Origin: an uncultured Fusobacteriaceae bacterium
GTDB lineage: Bacteria; Fusobacteriota; Fusobacteriia; Fusobacteriales; Fusobacteriaceae
Assembly: GCA_947038515.1 (NCBI GenBank)
Contig: CAMQWJ010000006.1
Span: forward strand, 46,765-110,764
Length of the DNA stretch: 64,000 nucleotides
Reading direction: 5' to 3'
Part shown: in pieces, positions 9,787 to 19,886 of the stretch
Numbering within the stretch: the stretch's first letter is position 1
How the letters are laid out: each line of letters starts with the position of its first letter
Program-made: the position numbers and the translations under genes
Notes under the pieces: model-generated
Told to the model about the DNA's origin: nothing
Seen by the model: only the letters and a program-made list of their open reading frames with translations
Database searches by the model: none

Positions 9787-11190
9787 GTGTATAGTTTTAT
9801 ATTTTCAATAATAGCTTTAATAGTAGGCTATTTTATTTATGGTAAATTTGTTGATGGCCTTTTTGGTAGTAATGAAGCTGCTATCACACCAGCTAATCGA
9901 TTAGCTGATGGTGTTGATTACGTCAAATTAGATTGGAAAAAAGCATTTTTAATACAGTTTTTAAATATTGCTGGAACAGGTCCAATTTTTGGTGCAATAG
10001 CTGGAGCAATGTGGGGACCTGTGGCATTTTTATGGATTGTTTTCGGTTGTATTTTTGCTGGTGCAGTTCATGACTTTTTAATAGGAATGATGTCTCTAAG
10101 AGATGATGGTGCTACTATAGCAGAAATCGTTGGAAAATATTTAGGTCTTAGTGCAAGAAACTTCATGAGAGTCTTCTCTATAGTACTTTTATTACTTGTG
10201 GGAGTTGTTTTTATTACTAGTCCTGCTGACATACTGGCACAATTAACTGGAGTTAATAGATATATTTTAATAGTTTGTATCATTATTTATTATCTACTTG
10301 CTACTGTTTTACCAGTTGATAAAGTTATTGGTAAAATTTATCCATTATTTGGTGCATCTTTATTAATTATGGCTGTAGGTATAGCCTTAGGTCTTATTTT
10401 TGGAGACTACACTATCCCAGAAGTCTCTTTTACTAATTTTCACCCTAATAAGGTGCCAATATTTCCTTACTTATTTATCTCTATTGCTTGTGGAGCCATT
10501 AGTGGTTTCCACGCAACACAAGCTCCTATGATGGCTAGATGTCTTTCAAATGAGAAAGAAGGAAGAAAAGTATTTTATGGCTCTATGATTACAGAAGGAA
10601 TAGTTGCTCTTGTATGGGCTGCTGCTGCAATGAGTTTCTTTGGTGGAACTGAAGGTCTTGCTGCTGCTGGTAATCCTGGTGTTATTGTTACTAAAATATC
10701 TACTTCTCTTTTAGGAAAAGCTGGTGGAATTTTAGCTATTCTTGGTGTTGTTGCTTGTCCTATTACAAGTGGAGATACTGCTTTTCGTAGTGCAAGAATG
10801 GCAATTGCAGATGCTACTAAATTTAAACAGGGACCATTAATGAATAGATTTATTATTGCTATTCCTCTATTTGCAATAGGTATTGCTCTATGCTTTATAC
10901 CTTTTGATATAATTTGGAGATATTTTTCTTGGGCTAATCAGACAATTGCAACTATTTCATTATGGGCTGCTGCTGCATATTTAGTTACTGAAAATAAAAA
11001 TCATTGGATTGCTACTATTCCTGCTACTTTCATGACTGTAGTCATTTTCACCTATATTATTGTTGCAAAAGAAGGATTAGGTTTATCTATGACTATAGGT
11101 TATTTTGTTGGAATTAGTATGGCTATTCTTTCTTTCACTTTATTTTTTATTTCTATAAATAAAAAAAGGAGAAATAATGTCAAGAATTAA
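9787..11190 (+). CDS. CstA-family transporter (short form; carbon-starvation/peptide-pyruvate transporter family)
   Basis: GTG start after AGAGGGGG RBS. Motifs FLNIAGTGPIFGAIAGAMWGP and GAVHDF match the CstA N-terminal domain. About 12 TM segments. Confidence 0.55.
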   Translation: MYSFIFSIIALIVGYFIYGKFVDGLFGSNEAAITPANRLADGVDYVKLDWKKAFLIQFLNIAGTGPIFGAIAGAMWGPVAFLWIVFGCIFAGAVHDFLIGMMSLRDDGATIAEIVGKYLGLSARNFMRVFSIVLLLLVGVVFITSPADILAQLTGVNRYILIVCIIIYYLLATVLPVDKVIGKIYPLFGASLLIMAVGIALGLIFGDYTIPEVSFTNFHPNKVPIFPYLFISIACGAISGFHATQAPMMARCLSNEKEGRKVFYGSMITEGIVALVWAAAAMSFFGGTEGLAAAGNPGVIVTKISTSLLGKAGGILAILGVVACPITSGDTAFRSARMAIADATKFKQGPLMNRFIIAIPLFAIGIALCFIPFDIIWRYFSWANQTIATISLWAAAAYLVTENKNHWIATIPATFMTVVIFTYIIVAKEGLGLSMTIGYFVGISMAILSFTLFFISINKKRRNNVKN

Positions 11191-12085
11191 TGTTGGAGGG
11201 CAAGCAGTTATTGAAGGTGTCATGATGAGAGGTCCTGAACTATTATCAACTGCTGTAAGAACTCCGTCTGGAGAAATAGTATACAGAAAACAAAAAATTA
11301 CTCCTGCCAAAAATAGAATATTAAAAACACCTTTTTTACGAGGAAGTGCAATGTTAATGGATGCACTTATTATCGGTATAAAGGAACTTACTTTTTCCGC
11401 TAATCAATCTGAAGAAGCTGTGGAAGAACAATTAACAGATAGACAAGCTGTATTTACAGCTATTTTCTCTATAGGATTAGGGATTTTAATGTTTATTGCT
11501 CTACCATCTTTAATAAGTAATTTTATTTTTTCAAATAATAGAGTTTATTCTAATCTTTTAGAAGCAGGTTTTAGATTAATATTTTTCATTGCCTACATAT
11601 GGTTAATATCTTTTTCAAAAGATATTAAAAGAGTTTACCAATATCATGGTGCTGAACATAAATCTATCTACGCTTATGAAAATAATGAAGTACTTTCTGT
11701 AGAAAATTGTCAAAAATATACAACATTACACCCTAGATGTGGAACTAGTTTTTTATTAATTGTAATGTTTGTTTCAATCATTACATTTTCTTTAATGGAT
11801 TTCATATTACCTGTTCCAAATAATATAGTAGAAAAAATTCTTACTAAAGTTCTTTTAAGAATATTTTTTATGCCTCTTATTGCAGGAATTTCTTATGAAA
11901 TTCAAAGATATTCTAGCAAACATTTAGATAATCCATTTGTAAAAATATTTGTAGGTCCTGGTTTACAATTGCAAAAAATAACGACTAAAGAACCTGATGA
12001 TTCTCAGGTTGAAGTTGCTATTGTAGCCTTAAAAGTAGCTCTTGGTGAAACTGTCACTAATGCTCGAGAAATAGAATATTCATAA
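11177..12085 (+). CDS. DUF1385 (YqhQ-like) membrane-associated protein
   Basis: N-terminal GGQAVIEGVMMRG is the DUF1385 hallmark. Overlaps the cstA-like gene by 14 nt (co-transcribed). Confidence 0.5.
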   Translation: MSRINVGGQAVIEGVMMRGPELLSTAVRTPSGEIVYRKQKITPAKNRILKTPFLRGSAMLMDALIIGIKELTFSANQSEEAVEEQLTDRQAVFTAIFSIGLGILMFIALPSLISNFIFSNNRVYSNLLEAGFRLIFFIAYIWLISFSKDIKRVYQYHGAEHKSIYAYENNEVLSVENCQKYTTLHPRCGTSFLLIVMFVSIITFSLMDFILPVPNNIVEKILTKVLLRIFFMPLIAGISYEIQRYSSKHLDNPFVKIFVGPGLQLQKITTKEPDDSQVEVAIVALKVALGETVTNAREIEYS

Positions 12086-12087
12086 TA

Positions 12088-12160
12088 AGCCCTCCTTTTA
12101 AGTCGGACTTATCATAGCGTGCTTAATGATATGATAACCTCTACTTAAAAGGAGGGTTCT
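12088..12160. other. Nested perfect hairpin (16-bp outer stem agccctccttttaagt / acttaaaaggagggtt, with an inner ttatcata/tatgataa stem); not followed by a T-run
   Basis: Read directly from sequence. Confidence 0.5.
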
Positions 12161-12234
12161 CTACAATTTAATAAATAAGATACTTCTTAAAATCCAAAAC
12201 AAGTATACTTTATCTTATTTTCTAGGAGGCAAAA

Positions 12235-13518
12235 GTGAAACTGCAATCTATATCTATTGAAAATTGGCGTTCTATAAAATACACACATATTTTTTTAGAC
12301 AACTTATTGATTTTAATTGGTGGTAACAATAGTGGTAAATCTTCAATTACTACTGCAATAAGTGCCCTTATTAATCCAATAATTCTCCAAGAAGAATTAC
12401 AAAGCTCCATTATTTCTGCTCCTTTAAAGATAAAAGGAATTTTTTCTAATCGAGAGAATAAAAAAATAGAACTTATGATTTTTAAATTTGATAATTCTTC
12501 AGATATTATTTATAAAAAAAATGAAGTTCCAATCTCTTTAGAAGAATACATCAAAGAAATTGGTGAATTTAATATTTTTTATATTACTTCATTATTGGAA
12601 AAAAATTCTTCTAAAATCGATTCATTTATCGATTATTTTAAAAAATTTTTTCCTGATTTTTCTTTGCAATCAGAAATGATCAATTTAAATTCAAAAGTAG
12701 ACAATTATTCTTTAGTTCGAAATCTTTTATTTCTTAACTTAAAAGAATTTTTAAAATATCTTAAAAAGAATAATGTAAAGAGCTTATCCAAAAACGTCTA
12801 TCTTTTTATTGAATATCCAGAGTTATTTCTCACTCCACACGGTGAACGAGAACTTTTTTATATTTTTACTGAACTTAGCAAGTTAGGTCTTTTTATTGGC
12901 GTTGAAACTTGTTCCAGTAGATTTGTAGGCATAAAACAATACTCCTCTATCTGTATGGTAAAAATCATTAAAGGTAATAGCAATTTTTATCAATATCGAG
13001 GTTCCCTTTTTTCAGGTGATGAAGTCAAAAATTTCAATATGAACTATTTGGTTAATAGTGACAGAGGTGAGGCTTTTTTCAGTACAAAAGTTCTTCTTGT
13101 GGAAGGACAAACAGATAAACTTTTAATTAGTTATTTAGCTAAAAAATTGAATATTTTTAGATATGACTATTATATTCTTGAATGTGGTAGTAAATCTCTT
13201 CTTCCACAATTTATAAAACTTTTAAATAGCTTTAATTTAAAATATATAGCCATTTATGACAAAGATAATCACAAATGGCGTACTCCCATTGAAAAATTAT
13301 CTTCTAATCAAAAGAATAAACAAATTCAGAAAACTATTAACTATGATTTAGGCTCTTATTTAGAGTTTTCTAACGATATAGAGGAAGAGTTATACTCTCA
13401 ACCCCGTAAGAGAATGAACTACCGTAACAAGCCTTTTATAGCTCTTAGTCATGCAATGTCAGATGACTTTACTCTTTCAAAATCTCTTGAAGAAAAAATT
13501 AAAAAAATTTATAACTAA
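12235..13518 (+). CDS. OLD-family ATPase-Toprim nuclease (class-1 OLD / Gabija GajA-like), single gene
   Basis: GTG start after AGGAGG. N-terminal ABC/AAA_15 ATPase (IENWRSI, GGNNSGKSS Walker A, IEYPELFL Walker B/D-loop). C-terminal Toprim (LLVEGQTDK glutamate, AIYDKDN DxD). Confidence 0.6.
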   Translation: MKLQSISIENWRSIKYTHIFLDNLLILIGGNNSGKSSITTAISALINPIILQEELQSSIISAPLKIKGIFSNRENKKIELMIFKFDNSSDIIYKKNEVPISLEEYIKEIGEFNIFYITSLLEKNSSKIDSFIDYFKKFFPDFSLQSEMINLNSKVDNYSLVRNLLFLNLKEFLKYLKKNNVKSLSKNVYLFIEYPELFLTPHGERELFYIFTELSKLGLFIGVETCSSRFVGIKQYSSICMVKIIKGNSNFYQYRGSLFSGDEVKNFNMNYLVNSDRGEAFFSTKVLLVEGQTDKLLISYLAKKLNIFRYDYYILECGSKSLLPQFIKLLNSFNLKYIAIYDKDNHKWRTPIEKLSSNQKNKQIQKTINYDLGSYLEFSNDIEEELYSQPRKRMNYRNKPFIALSHAMSDDFTLSKSLEEKIKKIYN

Positions 13519-13536
13519 TATATTAGGAGGTAATTT

Positions 13537-14709
13537 ATGAACAACTTTACATTTTATAACCCAACAAAAATTATTTTTGGTAAAGGAGAATTAAAAAAGC
13601 TTGATTCCTTAGTACCTAAAAACGCTAGAGTTTTAGTTCTTTATGGTGGAGGTTCTGTTAAAAAATTTGGAACTTTAGATACTGTTCTAGAGGAATTAAA
13701 AAAATCTAAAAGAGATATCTTTGAATTTTCTGGAATTGAACCAAATCCCAAATTTGAAACTCTTATGAAAGCAGTTGAAATTTGTAGAAAAGAGAACATC
13801 ACTTTTCTTTTAGCTGTTGGTGGTGGCTCTGTTATGGATGGAACTAAATTTGTATCTATTGCAGTCTCAGCTACTGAATTTGTAGGAAGAGAGAAAGAAT
13901 TAGTTTATACTGGTCATAATGGTATTACTCTTAAATCTGCACTTCCAATTGGTACTATTGTTACTCTTCCTGCTACAGGTTCAGAAATGAATAGTGGTGG
14001 AGTTATTACTTTGGGAAAAGATAAACTTGCTATTAGTAATCCTCTAACTTTCCCTTTATTTTCCATATTAGACCCTACACTAACTTATACTTTACCATCA
14101 ACCCAAGTAGCTAATGGTATTATAGATACTTTTATTCATACAATTGAACAATATGTAACTTATCCTGTTCATGCTACTTTTCAAGACAGGACTTCAGAAG
14201 GGATTCTTAAAACTATGATTGAAATAGGAAAAGAAACTATCGACAATCCTACAAATTATGATTTAAGAGCTAACCTTGTTTGGAACTCTTCAATGGCCCT
14301 TAATGGTCTCATTGGGGCTGGTGTTCCTCAAGATTGGAGTATTCACTTGCTTGGACATGAACTTACTGCTGTTTTTGGAATAGATCATGCTAAGACACTT
14401 GCAATAGTTTTACCATCATTATGGAGAGTTAGAATAAAAGAAAAAGAAGCAAAATTAGCACAATATGCTCAGAGAGTTTGGCATATTACAGAAGGAACTA
14501 CACGTGAAAAAGCCCTTAAAGCTATTCAAAAAACTGAAGAATTTTTTAATAGTTTAGGAATAAGTACTAAACTTAGTGATTATGGAGTTACTGAACATCA
14601 AATAAATGAAGTTGTCCAAGGTCTAATCAGACATAACTTTACAAATATCTCTGAGACTGGTGATCTAACTCCTGAAGTTGCAAAAGAAATATATTTAAAA
14701 TCTTTATAA
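13537..14709 (+). CDS. Iron-containing (group III) alcohol dehydrogenase, YqhD/BdhA-like
   Basis: Fe-ADH family N-terminus (NPTKIIFGKG, VLVLYGGGS) and metal-binding histidines near WSIHLLGHELT. Confidence 0.8.
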   Translation: MNNFTFYNPTKIIFGKGELKKLDSLVPKNARVLVLYGGGSVKKFGTLDTVLEELKKSKRDIFEFSGIEPNPKFETLMKAVEICRKENITFLLAVGGGSVMDGTKFVSIAVSATEFVGREKELVYTGHNGITLKSALPIGTIVTLPATGSEMNSGGVITLGKDKLAISNPLTFPLFSILDPTLTYTLPSTQVANGIIDTFIHTIEQYVTYPVHATFQDRTSEGILKTMIEIGKETIDNPTNYDLRANLVWNSSMALNGLIGAGVPQDWSIHLLGHELTAVFGIDHAKTLAIVLPSLWRVRIKEKEAKLAQYAQRVWHITEGTTREKALKAIQKTEEFFNSLGISTKLSDYGVTEHQINEVVQGLIRHNFTNISETGDLTPEVAKEIYLKSL

Positions 14710-14750
14710 AAAAAAAGTTATTTATCTATTAATGATAAATAACTTTTTTT
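14709..14750. terminator. Bidirectional terminator
   Basis: aagttatttatc...gataaataactt perfect 12-bp stem, flanked by A-run and T-run. Confidence 0.7.
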
Positions 14751-14751
14751 A

Positions 14752-16521
14752 CTAAATTTCTCTTTTTCTTGTACAATTAGGAAATATTTCTAGCATTCCA
14801 CAATTAGAGCAAGAAATTCTACACTCTGGAGTCAACGCTGCTACCTTAGATTTTTCTAGCTCTCTAACTAGAAATTCTTTTTTTACTCCTATATCAACAA
14901 TATCCCAAGGCAATGCACCTTCTAAATCCCTGCTTCCTAAATATTTTTTTGGATCAAGTCCTAACTCTTCAATTGCTTCCATCCAAATAGAATAATTATC
15001 TCTATAATCGTCAAGCTTCACTCCTTTTTTCCAAGCTAACTCAATTAATTCTCCAGTTTTACTATCACCTCTTGAAACTAATCCTTCTAAATATGATTTT
15101 TTTCCACTATGAATTTTTAGAGTACAGCCTTTCATTTTATCAAATAATGTTCTCAATAAATTATGCTTATGACTCATTTCATCAAAAGTTATTTGACTAC
15201 ACCATTGGAATGGTGTGTGAGGTTTTGGAATAAAATTTGAAATACTTATAGTTATATTAATCCCTTTAGAAATTTTTCTACACAGTTCACTAACTTTCTT
15301 GGATAACTCATGTATTCCTCTAATATCTTCATCTGTTTCATATGGTAAACCTACCATAAAATAGAATTTTAAACTCTTCCAACCAGCTTTTATTGCCTCT
15401 TCAGCAGTAGATATTATTTCTTCCTCTGTTACACCTTTATTGATAATATCTCTCATTCTTTGAGTTCCTGCTTCTGGTGCAAAAGTAAATCCTGTTCTCT
15501 TTCCACCACTAATTTCCTCAGCTGTCCTAACAGAATCTATATTCATTCTTAAAGAAGGTAAAGAAATAGAAAGATTTTTATGTTTACTATCTTTTTTCAA
15601 TCCAGTTATAAGTTCATTTATATTAGAATAGTCACTACTACTCAAAGATGCCAATGAAACTTCTGAGTACCCTGTTTCATTTATCATCAAATTTATCAAT
15701 TCCAAATTATTTTCTAAACTTCTCTCCCTTAAAGGACGATAAACTATTCCAGCTTGGCAAAATCTACAACCTCTTACACAACCTCTTTGAATCTCCACTG
15801 AAGCTCTGTCATGAACAATTTCAATATATGGAACTAATTGATTTGAATAGCTTATTGTATTATTTAAATCTTTTACAATTGCTCTTTTTATTCTTTTTTT
15901 TCCTTTATGGATAGTTGGAATATACACACCTTCTATATCCTCAATTGCTACTAATTTTTCAGCTTTGGTTTTTCCATTATTAAGTACCATTCTTCTGGAA
16001 ATTTCTGCCATGTTCTCTTCTCCGTCACCAATAACTATATAATCAAAGAATTTCTCCATTGGTTCTGGATTCATCATACAAGTTCCCCCACCCATAATAA
16101 GTGGATGGGATTCATCTCTTTCATCAACCCTAACAGGTATTCCTGCTAAATCCAATATATTCAAAACATTAGGATAGCTCATTTCATATGATAATGAGAA
16201 CCCTATTATATCAAACTCTTTTACTGGTGTTTTACTTTCTAATGAAAATGCTGGGATCTTTTCAGTTTTCATGATTTCTTCCATATCTTGACTTGGAGCA
16301 AACCCTCTTTCAAGATAAAAATTATCAACCTTATTTAAAATACTATATAGTATTCTAAATCCTAAGTTTGACATTCCAACTTCATATATATCTGGAAAAA
16401 AAAGACACATATGAGCTTTATATTCTTCTTTATGAATACTATTTATTTCATTTCCTAAATATCTCGCTGGTTTCTCTACTTGTAACATATATTTATCTAT
16501 ATTTACCTTATTCTTCTCCAT
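14752..16521 (-). CDS. Radical SAM protein with N-terminal B12-binding-like domain (TIGR03960-like, function unknown)
   Basis: CVRGCRFC (CX3CX2C) radical SAM motif. N-terminal MCLFFPDIYEVGMSNLGFRILY typical of B12-binding rSAM enzymes. Confidence 0.7.
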   Translation of the reverse strand: MEKNKVNIDKYMLQVEKPARYLGNEINSIHKEEYKAHMCLFFPDIYEVGMSNLGFRILYSILNKVDNFYLERGFAPSQDMEEIMKTEKIPAFSLESKTPVKEFDIIGFSLSYEMSYPNVLNILDLAGIPVRVDERDESHPLIMGGGTCMMNPEPMEKFFDYIVIGDGEENMAEISRRMVLNNGKTKAEKLVAIEDIEGVYIPTIHKGKKRIKRAIVKDLNNTISYSNQLVPYIEIVHDRASVEIQRGCVRGCRFCQAGIVYRPLRERSLENNLELINLMINETGYSEVSLASLSSSDYSNINELITGLKKDSKHKNLSISLPSLRMNIDSVRTAEEISGGKRTGFTFAPEAGTQRMRDIINKGVTEEEIISTAEEAIKAGWKSLKFYFMVGLPYETDEDIRGIHELSKKVSELCRKISKGINITISISNFIPKPHTPFQWCSQITFDEMSHKHNLLRTLFDKMKGCTLKIHSGKKSYLEGLVSRGDSKTGELIELAWKKGVKLDDYRDNYSIWMEAIEELGLDPKKYLGSRDLEGALPWDIVDIGVKKEFLVRELEKSKVAALTPECRISCSNCGMLEIFPNCTRKREI

Positions 16522-16587
16522 TTTTCCCCTCTATTCTCAAACTCTATTTTTATATTTCTAAAAATTGATTTCAGTTTAAAATATTTT

Positions 16588-17013
16588 TTAACTGAAATTA
16601 TCTATTCTTTGAAATTCTTTCATTTTATCAGATACACTACTGTCGTGATGAGTTTTTATTAATATTGCTAATTCATCATTTAATTCTTTCATTTTTTGGT
16701 ATCCTAATTCAGGATGTTGTTCCAGTATTATATCACCAATCAATACTTTTTTCAATCGTTGTAATAGTCCTATATTGTGTTTTCCACAATCATGAATTAA
16801 AGATAATTTCAAATAAATAATTTCATCTTTTAAAATTTTTGAGTTTTTAACTCCTTGAAATTTCTTATAACCATGAATTTTATCATATTCATCCATTTGA
16901 TCGAATATTAAAAATTCTTTTTCACTTAAAACATTTTTAACTTCTTTATCCCATTTCAAATCATATTTCAAAAAAATATAATCAATAATTTGTTTTATCC
17001 TTGGAACAATCAT
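16588..17013 (-). CDS. Small HD-motif protein (hypothetical)
   Basis: KIHGY ... LIHDCGKH resembles an H...HD metal-binding signature. 4-nt overlap with the upstream gene. Confidence 0.3.
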   Translation of the reverse strand: MIVPRIKQIIDYIFLKYDLKWDKEVKNVLSEKEFLIFDQMDEYDKIHGYKKFQGVKNSKILKDEIIYLKLSLIHDCGKHNIGLLQRLKKVLIGDIILEQHPELGYQKMKELNDELAILIKTHHDSSVSDKMKEFQRIDNFS

Positions 17014-17870
17014 ACTTCTCTCACTACAATTTCACCATATATTTTTTTTAATTTTTTTATATTCACAGCATTTTTACCTATAAACTCTGATTTTTTATCT
17101 TCCATCACATAAAAAATATTTATATTTTCTCCAAGTTTCTCAGCATAAACTAAATTTTTAATTGTTGATATATCCAATTCTTTATTATCTGTGATATACA
17201 TATTTTCTAATTTAGAATTTAAATAAATTTTATCTAAAATTAAATATTTTCCTTCTAAAGGCTCTAAAGCACCAGTCAATAGATAACCAGACATTATTCT
17301 AACTTGTTTAGGCATAAAAGAATTTCCAACAAAATGAAGTTTTCCATTTTCAAAAGTTACATTTACCGTTCTATTATGCTCTTTTAACTCTTGTCCCTTA
17401 TTATTTGTAAATCTGCTTACATCATAAGTACCTGAGCATTCTATACATTTATTTATTATTTCAGAATTTGAACATTTTATTTTTTTTTGTGGATAACTAT
17501 ATATATATGCTCTTTGTTCTACCATATCAGGAAAAACTAAATTAGGAAATGTCTTTACTATTTTTTTCACTTTAAGATTTTTAGAAAGTTTATTAAAATC
17601 TTTTTTTAATTTTTCTAATTCTCCAAAATATTTACTGCTTACATATAAAATATTTTCGTTTGCACTAACCTTTGAATCTGTTCGTCCAGCCTGTTGAATT
17701 CCTTTGGCCCAAGTAAACTCTAATTCATTCATTATCTCTTTAAAAGTTGATTTAATTGTTGTTTTTCCTGGCATTTCATCAAAAGAATGAAATTTTGTTC
17801 CATCATAGCAAATATAAAATAAAAAACCTAACTTATCTGTTTTTTCTAGTTTTCTCAAGTCAAAAATCAT
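17010..17870 (-). CDS. TruA-family pseudouridine synthase paralogue (divergent)
   Basis: [11 protein letters not shown] and [17 protein letters not shown] align with TruA YDGSxYxGWQ and AGRTDAGVH (catalytic Asp retained), plus the RAYIYSY (RRYRY) motif. Start at internal ATG overlaps tdk by ATGA. Confidence 0.55.
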   Translation of the reverse strand: MIFDLRKLEKTDKLGFLFYICYDGTKFHSFDEMPGKTTIKSTFKEIMNELEFTWAKGIQQAGRTDSKVSANENILYVSSKYFGELEKLKKDFNKLSKNLKVKKIVKTFPNLVFPDMVEQRAYIYSYPQKKIKCSNSEIINKCIECSGTYDVSRFTNNKGQELKEHNRTVNVTFENGKLHFVGNSFMPKQVRIMSGYLLTGALEPLEGKYLILDKIYLNSKLENMYITDNKELDISTIKNLVYAEKLGENINIFYVMEDKKSEFIGKNAVNIKKLKKIYGEIVVREV

Positions 17871-18469
17871 TTTTCTCCCCTTATTCGCACAACATGACAC
17901 TTTCTACAACGAGCCTCATATGATTCTGCTGCTCCTACTTTTACAATGGAATCATCAGAATATGCAGGTTCTCCATCTACTAATCTTTGAGTTCTTGAAG
18001 CTGGACTTCCACAAACCATACAAATTGCATTAAACTTATCTACAAATTCTGCTTTTGCTAAAAGTTTATCCATAGGTTTAAAAGGATCTCCTTTAAAATC
18101 TTGATCCAGTCCTGCTACAATAACTCTTTTTCCTAAATCTGCTAATCTTTCACAAAAATCAACAATTTCATCTCCAAAAAATTGAACTTCATCTATTCCT
18201 ACAACTTCTACATCAGAATATTTTTCTTTCATAAGTTTTTCCATTTCAAATATTGAGCTTACAGCTTCTGCTTCTATAAAGTTTAAACTATGAGATGCAA
18301 CTTTACTTTCATCATATCTACTATCTGAAGAATGTTTAAATATAACTATTTTTCTATTAGCATATTTTAACCTTCTAAATCTTTTTATTAATTCCTCACT
18401 TTTTCCAGAAAACATACTACCTGTAATTACTTCAATCCAACCACTGTTCTCATTATAAAATAATTTCAT
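17867..18469 (-). CDS. tdk: Thymidine kinase
   Basis: [12 protein letters not shown]-loop and C-terminal Zn ribbon cysteines (CMVCG...CRKCH). Confidence 0.85.
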   Translation of the reverse strand: MKLFYNENSGWIEVITGSMFSGKSEELIKRFRRLKYANRKIVIFKHSSDSRYDESKVASHSLNFIEAEAVSSIFEMEKLMKEKYSDVEVVGIDEVQFFGDEIVDFCERLADLGKRVIVAGLDQDFKGDPFKPMDKLLAKAEFVDKFNAICMVCGSPASRTQRLVDGEPAYSDDSIVKVGAAESYEARCRKCHVVRIRGEK

Positions 18470-18508
18470 TTTAACTCCTTAACTTTTTTAATTGTTTTAT
18501 ACTTTCTC

Positions 18509-19876
18509 TTATTCAGATTCTATTAAACTTCTTTTGGTCCATTTTTTACTTGTCCATCTTTTAAGCATTAATACCCCTCTTATCCACTCATCTATTGCAT
18601 AAGCAAGCCAAATTCCAACAAGTCCCATTTGATAATGTACTCCTAAAAGCCATGCCACAGGAACACTTACTCCAAACATTATACTTATCCCAATAATCAT
18701 AGGATATTTTACATCACCAACAGCTTGTAACGATCTTACAACAACAATATTAAAAGTTCTTCCTGTCTCCACAAATATATAGACCCAAAAAACTTTTTTA
18801 CTTATATTAATAATTTCAGAATCAAGAGTAAATCCCTTAATTATAATATCTTTAAATAAAAAAACTAACACTGCTAGAACTCCTGCCATTGTAAAACTTA
18901 TTTTTAGACTTTTTAAAAGCTGGTTATATGCCTCATCCATTTTCTTTTCTCCAACAAGGCGACCAGTTAAAATTGAAGTTCCACTTCCTAATGCTATTGA
19001 AAACATCATCATAAATGTTGCAATTACAGTTAAATATGTTCGCGCCATTATAGTGGGAGTTCCCATTGTATTAACCATTGATAATATTATAATTTGTGAT
19101 ATATTCCAACTTAAGTGCTCCATACCACTTGGCACTCCTATTTTTGCAAGATATCTTAATATATCTTTGGGAAAAGGTTTTAAATATTCTTTTATTTTTT
19201 TGAAGTTTGTATATTTAAATAACATTATAATTAAAATTAACATTCCAATAAATCTAGAAAAAGCAGTTGCTATTCCTACTCCTGTTATACCTTTAATCGG
19301 AGCTCCAAACCACCCAAATAAAAACATCCCATTAAAAAGTACATTTATTATATTTATTATAATACTCACATAAAAAGGCTGTTTCGTATGTCCATAACTT
19401 CTAATAACAGCTCCTATTGTAAGAGAAATAGCTTGAAAAATACAAAATCCTCCAACAATCTTAAAATAGTTTATTCCTATTCCAATAAGGGTAGGAGATA
19501 ATTTTATCTTGGTTAGTATTACCGTTGCAAATAAATAATATAATACTCCCATAACTATTCCTAAACACATATTTAATGTTAAAGATACTGCTATTGTCTC
19601 ATTGATTTCTTTTTCTCTTTTAGCTCCAATGTACTGTGCTGTTAATATTCCAGTACCTAAAGAAACTAAGGAGAATATAACATTTTGTGTTTGCAAAATT
19701 TGAGACATTCCCCCCAAAACTCCAACACCTAAGCCTATCCCATCCTTAGTTCCATCAATGCTATACTTAGAAACCATCAATATATCTATATTAACTACTA
19801 TTGTTGTTAACAACAACTCTAAAAATATAGGAATTACTAAATGTAGCAACCCTGGTTTTTTGACCTCTAGTTCCAA
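18509..19876 (-). CDS. MATE-family efflux transporter
   Basis: 12-TM protein, 455 aa, with a MATE (NorM-like) pattern. Confidence 0.75.
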   Translation of the reverse strand: MELEVKKPGLLHLVIPIFLELLLTTIVVNIDILMVSKYSIDGTKDGIGLGVGVLGGMSQILQTQNVIFSLVSLGTGILTAQYIGAKREKEINETIAVSLTLNMCLGIVMGVLYYLFATVILTKIKLSPTLIGIGINYFKIVGGFCIFQAISLTIGAVIRSYGHTKQPFYVSIIINIINVLFNGMFLFGWFGAPIKGITGVGIATAFSRFIGMLILIIMLFKYTNFKKIKEYLKPFPKDILRYLAKIGVPSGMEHLSWNISQIIILSMVNTMGTPTIMARTYLTVIATFMMMFSIALGSGTSILTGRLVGEKKMDEAYNQLLKSLKISFTMAGVLAVLVFLFKDIIIKGFTLDSEIINISKKVFWVYIFVETGRTFNIVVVRSLQAVGDVKYPMIIGISIMFGVSVPVAWLLGVHYQMGLVGIWLAYAIDEWIRGVLMLKRWTSKKWTKRSLIESE

Positions 19877-19886
19877 TTCTATCTCC

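Noticed and set aside
12235-13518. Calling the OLD-family gene a Gabija system
   Set aside because: Gabija requires an adjacent GajB UvrD-like helicase. The downstream gene is an Fe-alcohol dehydrogenase, so only the generic OLD-family call is justified.
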